Assembly (NCBI GenBank): GCA_037142075.1
Contig: JBAXBJ010000006.1
Location: 25,266-89,265, forward strand
DNA: 64,000 nucleotides
Reading direction: 5' to 3'
Origin: Bacteroidota bacterium
Lineage (GTDB): Bacteria > Bacteroidota > Bacteroidia > Bacteroidales > UBA4417
Under the pieces are notes generated by a model. The model searched no databases. It was not told where the DNA came from and saw nothing but the letters and a program-made list of their open reading frames with translations. Made by a program: the position numbers and the translations under genes. How positions within the stretch are numbered: the stretch's first letter is position 1; each line of letters starts with the position of its first letter. Positions 18,380 to 24,749 of this stretch are shown one piece after another.

Positions 18380-19021
18380 AAAACTAACTGGACAACTTAT
18401 ACGACTCAGAACCCTGGTATCCTTCATGGTAATATCAGCGCAATTGCCATAGATGAAAAGGGAACAAAATGGATCGGGTATATCTGGGATGATGGAGTCT
18501 CGGAATTTGACAGTGCCACCTGGACAGACTATATGCATACTGAGGGTATATCTTATAGACTCAGCAGTCAGCTGATAGACGTAGATCGACAGGGTAATAA
18601 ATGGTTTGCAGGTCGTGGTTATGGAATATGGAAATTTGATGGTATTAATTTCTTTTCATATAATACCGTAAATAAAGGTTCTCCATACGACCAAATAAAC
18701 GCATTATTTATCAATAGTATGGGAATTAAATGGTTTGGCGTTCAAAGTGGAGTTTTAAAACTGGAAGATACAACCTGTACCGCCTACAGCACCAGTAAAT
18801 TGGTTAATGATTATGTTTATGAAAAAACTGAAGATGCAAATGGTTATAAATGGTTTGCCACATTGGGTGGGGTATCAAGGTTTGATGTCACTAATTGGAT
18901 AAAATACACTAATTCAAATAGCGGATTAGTAAACAATAACGTTATCTCAATGGCCATTGATAAGAAGGGGTATAAATGGATGGGAACGCTAAATAGTGGT
19001 ATTTCAGAGTTTCAGAAATAA
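18380..19021 (+). pseudogene. Start-less fragment of a two-component-regulator-propeller protein (or a 162-aa product from the ATG at 18533)
   Basis: The frame is open from 18380, just after a TAA at 18377-18379. It already encodes propeller repeats (NISAIAIDEKGTKWIGYIWDDGVSEFD) before the first ATG/GTG/TTG at 18533. Later blades are GNKWFAGRGYGIWKFDG, GIKWFGVQSGVLKLED, GYKWFATLGGVSRFD and GYKWMGTLNSGISEF. I found no signal peptide or start upstream in any frame. Confidence 0.55.
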
Positions 19022-19036
19022 AGTTTAAAAACAGAG

Positions 19037-19059
19037 CCATACATAAGGCTAATGTATGG
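19037..19059. terminator. Hairpin between convergent genes (CCATACAT-N7-ATGTATGG)
   Basis: Perfect 8-bp inverted repeat read directly. There is no clear T-tract, so the terminator role is tentative. Confidence 0.4.
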
Positions 19060-19111
19060 ACATAAAAATGAATTAAAATAATTGCAGTCCATAATCGGCC
19101 ATCATTTCTCT

Positions 19112-19807
19112 TTAGCCTCTCTTACTAATCTCCTTCAGAGCATCTCTCTTAAGCACTTCAATATCTTTATCCACAAGCCTGATCAGTCCATCCTGCTCAA
19201 ATCCTTTGAGCAGTTTCACAGTGCTTTCGGTGGATAAGCCAGCAAAATCGGCTATTTCCTTGCGCGTAAGAAAGCTGAAAACGCTTTCGTTATTGTATTG
19301 CACGGTATCGAGGTAAAGCAACACATCGGCTAGCCTGCCATGCATTTGCTTATACATCATACTGCGGATAGTGCCGTAAAGAGAACTGTCGTTTTCATAA
19401 TACCGGTTTATCAGGCCATAGGCGAAGCTGCCATTACTTTTTATCAGACCGGCGATAGCATCTTTTTCTATCAGGCAGGCCAATGTTTCTTTTACAGCGA
19501 TTGTCGAATAATCATATGTGTGCTTGCTGAAAGCAGCTGAAAGCCCAATAAATTCACCACCTCGGATCATACGCAGGTTGAAATCACGGTTCGAATCCCC
19601 GATAATGTACTGCCGCACCAGGCCTTCAACAACAAATAAAACGCTCGAAGCAAATGCTCCTTGTTTTGTGAGGCTTTCGCCTTTGCGGAACAGCACCTGA
19701 ATTTTGCTATCCTTCACCAGGTCAATCTCTTCGGGCAATAAATTTGCAAAACAGGGAGCTTTAAGCCCGCCAAGCACACAATCGTCAATTGCAGAATACG
19801 TTTTCAT
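19112..19807 (-). CDS. Crp/Fnr family transcriptional regulator (paralogue 1)
   Basis: 231 aa. cNMP-binding-like beta-barrel plus C-terminal HTH (TRKEIADFAGLSTESTVKLLKGFEQDGLI). Alignable end to end with 50108..50800. Confidence 0.85.
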   Translation of the reverse strand: MKTYSAIDDCVLGGLKAPCFANLLPEEIDLVKDSKIQVLFRKGESLTKQGAFASSVLFVVEGLVRQYIIGDSNRDFNLRMIRGGEFIGLSAAFSKHTYDYSTIAVKETLACLIEKDAIAGLIKSNGSFAYGLINRYYENDSSLYGTIRSMMYKQMHGRLADVLLYLDTVQYNNESVFSFLTRKEIADFAGLSTESTVKLLKGFEQDGLIRLVDKDIEVLKRDALKEISKRG

Positions 19808-19932
19808 TTATTTTAAGTCTATGTGCAAAAGTAAGAACTATAATAACAACAAACCTGAGGAATCACAACGAATGGAATATTCACACGTCCAACAGAAGTT
19901 TTACCTTTGCCGGTAAGTTAGTGTAATTTTGC

Positions 19933-19940
19933 ATTGAAAT
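19933..19940 (+). promoter_or_regulatory. Possible Bacteroidota -7 box TAATTTTG upstream of the OsmC-family gene
   Basis: Matches the TAnnTTTG consensus, 18 nt upstream of the ATG at 19958. A TTTG lies at 19915-19918 but closer than the usual -33 spacing. Confidence 0.3.
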
Positions 19941-19957
19941 AAAAACCGATATTTATC

Positions 19958-20371
19958 ATGAAACATACAGTAGATACTTCGTGGCAGGGCAATATGAAAT
20001 TTGATGCCGTCGTAAGCGGTCATCACGTTATTATGGATGCTTTACCTGCAATGGGTGGCAATGATGAGGGCGCACGTCCCAAAGAACTGATGCTGGCCGC
20101 TTTAGCCGGTTGTACCGGAATGGATGTGGTAGCCATTCTGAAAAAGATGCGAATCGAACCAGCATACTTCAATGTGAGGGTGGAAGCTGAAATGACAGAA
20201 GAGCATCCCAAGCATTATACCGCCATGCACATTATTTATGAGTTCAAAGGTGAAGGCCTGGAAAAGGAAAAATTACAGAAAGCCGTTGACCTTTCGCAGG
20301 AACGCTATTGCGGTGTCTCGACTGCTTATCGCAAGGCTATGGAAATTACACATGAGATTGTTATCCTATAA
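19958..20371 (+). CDS. OsmC/Ohr family peroxiredoxin-like protein
   Basis: 137 aa with the two conserved Cys contexts LAALAGCTGMDV and ERYCGVS. Confidence 0.85.
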   Translation: MKHTVDTSWQGNMKFDAVVSGHHVIMDALPAMGGNDEGARPKELMLAALAGCTGMDVVAILKKMRIEPAYFNVRVEAEMTEEHPKHYTAMHIIYEFKGEGLEKEKLQKAVDLSQERYCGVSTAYRKAMEITHEIVIL

Positions 20372-20427
20372 ACGAATACTGAATTTCGAAAGGCAGAAGC
20401 AAATGTAATGAAATGTATGGCTTCGGG

Positions 20428-21072
20428 CTAACACCCGCCTCCTGATGAAGCTGCTTTTTTAACGGGTGTAACTGTCTTTTTTTCGGATTTAACAGCTTTT
20501 ACAACTTCTTTTGCATCAGCGGCCGGTGAAGAGATCATTTTTAATGCAACTGTATCAATAAGAGGTATTTCACATAATTGAGGCAACAGTCTTGTAAGTG
20601 AATCAGAGTTTGCAATATCCAGTTGTGCATAGCTTCCTGTAAAAAGCAAAACGTTTTTAAATCCGGTTTGCCTGAGCATAAGCCAGGGGCCATTGGCCTG
20701 TTGCTGGGTTTCACCGTATATAACAGCAGTTTGTCCGGCTTTTTCGATATCACGAAAAGTGGCTTTGCTTTTTTTTGCAAACAATTCACGAACCGGTATA
20801 TTAACCGCGTTTTTAATATGTCCGCGATCAAAAGCTATTGAATTACGGACATCGATAAAAACATATTTGCCGTCACTTTTCTTTAATAAATCAGCTGCTT
20901 GTTCAGGAGTAATAACCGAAGCCGTTTCCTTCAGTAAAGCCAGGCTTTCAGTCAGCGAAAGCTTATATTTAACCTCAGGCCTGCGGAATGTGATCAAACC
21001 TGTAACAATTACCAGCACAATAATAACTACTGTTATTGTAAGCCTGTTTGTCTTATTAAGTTCTTCCATCAT
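20428..21072 (-). CDS. Membrane-anchored rhodanese-homology protein lacking the catalytic Cys, with C-terminal ...KKAASSGGGC
   Basis: Start trimmed to MMEELNK (21072) because the upstream gene ends at 21098. TM TITVVIIVLVIVTGLITF. Rhodanese fold YVFIDVRNSIAFDRGHIKNAVNIP...TAVIYGETQQQA, with Gly at the Cys position. The spacing to the distal motif is the same as in GlpE-type domains. Lys-rich tail ending GGGC then stop. Confidence 0.8.
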   Translation of the reverse strand: MMEELNKTNRLTITVVIIVLVIVTGLITFRRPEVKYKLSLTESLALLKETASVITPEQAADLLKKSDGKYVFIDVRNSIAFDRGHIKNAVNIPVRELFAKKSKATFRDIEKAGQTAVIYGETQQQANGPWLMLRQTGFKNVLLFTGSYAQLDIANSDSLTRLLPQLCEIPLIDTVALKMISSPAADAKEVVKAVKSEKKTVTPVKKAASSGGGC

Positions 21073-21097
21073 AATATTCTGTGTTTTGAAAGTACAA

Positions 21098-21721
21098 TTA
21101 ACAACCGCCACCCGATGAAGCCCCGGATGCTTTTTTAACAACGTTTACCTTTTTCTTGACTGTTTCAGCTTTTGGAACTGCAGCCATCTCATGACTGCCA
21201 TAGAAATACTGGCAAGCCGCTATCCTGAACTGGTAAAGCGCCAAAGCTTTAGCTGTGGCAGTTTCGGCAGGTTTTTCAGCTTTAACAATGGTGTTGAACC
21301 ATGCATTAACGCCGCCCTGCATCACATAAATCCGTTGTAGTTTCATGCGTTTACAGATGATCCATGCCTGGTCGGAGGTGACATCCGCGTTGGAATAAAA
21401 AACTTTATCCATCGCTTTTTGATTCAGAATTTCCTGTGCTGAAGCTGAAAGCAGGGAATCTGAAGGAATATTGATGGCTCCGGGAATAGAAAAAGCTCTG
21501 AACTGGGATCCAGGTCTCACGTCAATCAATATCAAAGCCGGATCTTTTTTTACAAGCCTGTCGGTGATATCATCAGTGGTTAGAAACCTTGATGGATCAT
21601 CGATTGCCGCAAGTAACAGTTCGGGTTGAGTTTGTTTGGCAGTATCTTTTGCAGGCATAAAGAGTATTCCAACTCCCAGCGCAATTATAATTCCTGCCAG
21701 TAACAGGTATCTTTTGTTCAT
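21098..21721 (-). CDS. Membrane-anchored/secreted rhodanese-homology protein lacking the catalytic Cys, with C-terminal ...KKASGASSGGGC
   Basis: 207 aa. N-terminal hydrophobic helix MNKRYLLLAGIIIALGVGILF. Rhodanese fold LILIDVRPGSQFRAFSIPGAINIP...KVFYSNADVTS, with Ser at the Cys position, then ...YVMQGGVNAW. Lys-rich tail ending GGGC then stop. Confidence 0.8.
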   Translation of the reverse strand: MNKRYLLLAGIIIALGVGILFMPAKDTAKQTQPELLLAAIDDPSRFLTTDDITDRLVKKDPALILIDVRPGSQFRAFSIPGAINIPSDSLLSASAQEILNQKAMDKVFYSNADVTSDQAWIICKRMKLQRIYVMQGGVNAWFNTIVKAEKPAETATAKALALYQFRIAACQYFYGSHEMAAVPKAETVKKKVNVVKKASGASSGGGC

Positions 21722-21732
21722 AGTCTTAACTC

Positions 21733-22326
21733 TTAGTACTCAACTTTATTTACCTTCTTTTCAACAAATGCAGCTCCATAAAACATCCCAACGGCTGCAA
21801 CTATCAGAAGGAAAGCAAAAACAGTGTCGCGCATGCCAAGGAGATCGTAAATCTTAGCTCCTCCCAGGTTATGGCTGTTGTACAAGCCCTGAAACAGAGG
21901 GTAAAGTTCCGAGAAAATAAATACCCCGATAAATAATCCGCCACTGAAAAACATGGCATCAATTTTCCCTATGGCCACGCCTGTAAAACTGGTGCCAGGG
22001 CAAAAGCCTCCCAGCGCAAAGCCAAATCCCATTATGATACCACCAATAATAGCCGACATCACATAATACGGATTGATATAAAGCATGGACATATCCATCC
22101 AGCCCATATAATCGAAATAAAATATTCCGGTCATGGCTGTGATGGCAGCCGTAAAAAACACGCGTAAAACCACAAAATCATATCCGAAAAAGGTCCCCAT
22201 GATTTTGCGTGATGAAGAAAAACCGGAGGCTTCGAGAGAAAATCCGAAGCCGACTCCCAGTAACAACGCAATTACATTGTTCCAGGTTTCGGGTATAACA
22301 CCCATGGGAATAAGAGGTCCTACCAT
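21733..22326 (-). CDS. YeeE/YedE family (sulfur-transport domain) membrane protein, half-size
   Basis: 197 aa, polytopic and Gly-rich, with the conserved motif LGGFCPGTSF. Confidence 0.8.
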   Translation of the reverse strand: MVGPLIPMGVIPETWNNVIALLLGVGFGFSLEASGFSSSRKIMGTFFGYDFVVLRVFFTAAITAMTGIFYFDYMGWMDMSMLYINPYYVMSAIIGGIIMGFGFALGGFCPGTSFTGVAIGKIDAMFFSGGLFIGVFIFSELYPLFQGLYNSHNLGGAKIYDLLGMRDTVFAFLLIVAAVGMFYGAAFVEKKVNKVEY

Positions 22327-22379
22327 ATATTTTTGAGTTTAATGCGTTTAATAATATTATTTTTTTGATTTAAGAATAT

Positions 22380-22447
22380 CGATTTACGATTTTTAAATTG
22401 TGATTTCTCCTCTGATTTAGTTTTCTTCTAAAATCTAAAATCGTTAA
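22380..22447. repeat. Heptamer stutters in the spacer between the two YeeE/YedE halves
   Basis: cgattta/cgatttt (22380-22393) and tctaaaa/tctaaaa/tcgttaa (22427-22447), read directly within a 206-nt AT-rich spacer. Confidence 0.75.
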
Positions 22448-22532
22448 TCTTTGTTCTTAAATCCTTAATTGTATTTTTTGACACTTGTCAATAGGATTAG
22501 TTCTAAAATATTCAGCCAGAGATTCATCTTCA

Positions 22533-23060
22533 CTAAATCCATAATTTCTTAAAAATCCATGAAAACAGGTAAGCAGAGCCGAATATAGCCATCATGGTAA
22601 TTATCCCAGAAGCCGAAAGCACAGCCATACCGCTTAAAGCAGCGCCGCTGGTACATCCGCGGGCAAACTGGGAGCCCACTCCGAAAAGGATGCCACCGGC
22701 CAGAGCTGCTATAAGCCTGGTTTTGCCGGTAATTTTAGGTGAGTGTTCTACTTTGAACTTCAACCTTCCGTAAAGTGTTCCCGAAAGAAATCCTCCGACA
22801 ATTACACCTATAACTTCAAATACCAGCCAGTTACTCATCGGGCTGGCATCGTCGCTCAGGAATTTGCTGTAGTATTTGTTTGTTTCCGCATGAACCGGAG
22901 CTACTGTATGAACTGCTGATACTACAGAGCTTTTTACCGCACCACTTGCACCAAGTCCGCGGCCGGTGATATAATAAGTGCTGAAGAGCACCAAGCCCAA
23001 TAATACACCACCCAAATAGGGATTGATGTAAAAGGAGCCATCTCGTGTATTCTTTGCCAT
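22533..23060 (-). CDS. YeeE/YedE family (sulfur-transport domain) membrane protein, half-size
   Basis: 175 aa, polytopic, with the conserved motif FARGCTSGAALSG. Confidence 0.8.
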   Translation of the reverse strand: MAKNTRDGSFYINPYLGGVLLGLVLFSTYYITGRGLGASGAVKSSVVSAVHTVAPVHAETNKYYSKFLSDDASPMSNWLVFEVIGVIVGGFLSGTLYGRLKFKVEHSPKITGKTRLIAALAGGILFGVGSQFARGCTSGAALSGMAVLSASGIITMMAIFGSAYLFSWIFKKLWI

Positions 23061-23153
23061 GATTAACTATTTTTTGTGTTGAACTTGTTTTGTGTTAAAC
23101 GCATTTAAAGTTTTGGAAGTCGGGGGTCAGAAGCCGAAAGTTAAAAGTCAAAT

Positions 23154-23250
23154 TTGTTGCCCTTTCTCCTTGTCGCCCCTCACCTTGTCGCCCCTCGCCC
23201 TGTCTCCCCACTCACAACCCCCCAAACCCTAATCCCCAAATCCTAACCCC
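23154..23250. repeat. C-rich (G-rich on the transcribed minus strand) mosaic repeat between psrC-like gene and YeeE/YedE
   Basis: The element reads ttgttgccctttctccttgtcgcccctcaccttgtcgcccctcgccctgtctccccactcacaaccccccaaaccctaatccccaaatcctaacccc. It contains a near-duplicated 15-mer, ccttgtcgcccctca then ccttgtcgcccctcg. Its ends resemble the element at 50922-50972. Confidence 0.85.
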
Positions 23251-24191
23251 TAATACAAATACCGTGTAATCTGCCCAGCTTCAACCATGATAAACCTGAA
23301 TATCAGTCCCCCGAGAAGAACCAATATAGCCGGGATCATAATAGGCACTTTGAAGCCGACAAGTTCGAGAACTTCCAGTACTGCAGGTAACAAAAGTCCC
23401 AAAAGGATTACAAATACAAAGAATGGAACTGTAAATTGCCCGCCCAGGAACAAGTTGGCTGCGTCGATCTGTACCTGTGATCCTGCCAGGAATCCCATAA
23501 TCATATGGACGATGAAGAACAATTCCACCGCTATAAACAACAGGTCGAGGCGGCCGATAAGCCGGCGTTCTTCATGGTTTTTGCTCATCAGTATAATGCT
23601 TGCTGCACCCGTCGACATACCGGATACCAGGAACAGAGGTCCGAGAATGGTCGTATTCCACAAAGGCCGCGCGTTAAATGCTGAAAGTAAAATCCCGGTA
23701 TAAATCCCAAGGATAACGGCATAAATGGCCATCGGCCAGGCAATAAACCATCGGTTTTTAATTACCCAGGCTTCGAAGGTATAAAGGAATTTAAATTTCC
23801 AATCCCAGTTTGGAAATACTTCCCTCACATAACTGGCTGACCATATGATCGAAATCGGAGTCATGATCATCAATACCCATGCGCCCCAGCCCATTGGCGA
23901 TTCAAGACGAATGGTGGTGTAAAGTTGCCAGAAATAGAGTTTGTGCTTTAAGTCGAGGAAAAGCATAAACAAACCGATAATCAGCGCAAAAGGCACAATA
24001 AAGGGTGCCCATTTTACGGTAGCCTGCATTTCTTTCTCCTTGCCTATAATGGTATAAACAGCAGCCAGGAACAATATACCGGCTGCCAGGCCTCCCAGGA
24101 AAAGATAGATCGGGATTTGCCAGTGCCAGATATGCAGATAAGGGTCAATATTAGGAATATTGCGACCACTTACAAATAATTCTTCTTTCAT
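23250..24191 (-). CDS. NrfD/PsrC-type polytopic membrane quinol-interacting subunit
   Basis: 313 aa, about 8 TM helices, immediately downstream of the Fe-S and molybdopterin subunits. Confidence 0.85.
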   Translation of the reverse strand: MKEELFVSGRNIPNIDPYLHIWHWQIPIYLFLGGLAAGILFLAAVYTIIGKEKEMQATVKWAPFIVPFALIIGLFMLFLDLKHKLYFWQLYTTIRLESPMGWGAWVLMIMTPISIIWSASYVREVFPNWDWKFKFLYTFEAWVIKNRWFIAWPMAIYAVILGIYTGILLSAFNARPLWNTTILGPLFLVSGMSTGAASIILMSKNHEERRLIGRLDLLFIAVELFFIVHMIMGFLAGSQVQIDAANLFLGGQFTVPFFVFVILLGLLLPAVLEVLELVGFKVPIMIPAILVLLGGLIFRFIMVEAGQITRYLY

Positions 24192-24215
24192 ATTAAATCG
24201 AATATTTTTGATTTA

Positions 24216-24749
24216 TCAGGTCAGGTAAAAGATATTGGGTTTAGTTCCTGCTTCGGGTGCCAATGCCTTGAATTTTCGGTTCTTAAGAACGTTCACAATT
24301 TCTGAATTAGGATCATCAAGATCACCGAAATACATGCAACTGGTTGGGCAAACGCTCACGCAGGCCGGATTTTCACCTTTTCGAACCCTGTGAATACAGA
24401 AAGTACATTTATCCACATACCCGTCAGGATGCGAATACCTAGCTTCGTAAGGACAGGATTCGATACACGCACCACAACCAATGCATTTATTGTGAGTTAC
24501 AAGCACAATTCCACCATCTTCGAAGTGACTTGCACCGGTAGGACAGCAACGTACACAAGGCGAGTTATCGCAGTGGTTGCAACGTTCCGAACGCAGTTCA
24601 ATGCTTACGTTGGGATAGGTTCCGTCAACGGTCTCGGTTACCCAGTCGCGGCAGAAACCAATGGGAACCTTATTTTCGGTCTGGCAGGCAACTACACAGT
24701 CGCTGCAGCCAACACATTTTTTGGTGTCGATAGCCATCGCGTACCTCAT
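24216..24749 (-). CDS. 4Fe-4S ferredoxin-type electron-transfer subunit (PsrB/PhsB/NrfC-like)
   Basis: 177 aa with four Cys clusters (CVGCSDCVVAC, CNHCDNSPCVRCCP, CIGCGACIESCP, CTFC...CVSVCP). 4-nt overlap with the catalytic subunit gene. Confidence 0.9.
   Translation of the reverse strand: MRYAMAIDTKKCVGCSDCVVACQTENKVPIGFCRDWVTETVDGTYPNVSIELRSERCNHCDNSPCVRCCPTGASHFEDGGIVLVTHNKCIGCGACIESCPYEARYSHPDGYVDKCTFCIHRVRKGENPACVSVCPTSCMYFGDLDDPNSEIVNVLKNRKFKALAPEAGTKPNIFYLT

Noticed and set aside
18272-18538. 88-aa minus-strand ORF
   Set aside because: Its downstream part (about 18380-18538) is antisense to the frame that encodes recognisable propeller repeats. No motifs of its own.
23221-23250. CCCTAA-like telomeric repeats suggesting eukaryotic contamination or a chromosome end
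   Set aside because: The units are degenerate and only about 30 nt long. They are embedded between two bacterial genes of one operon and continuous with the other C-rich mosaic words.
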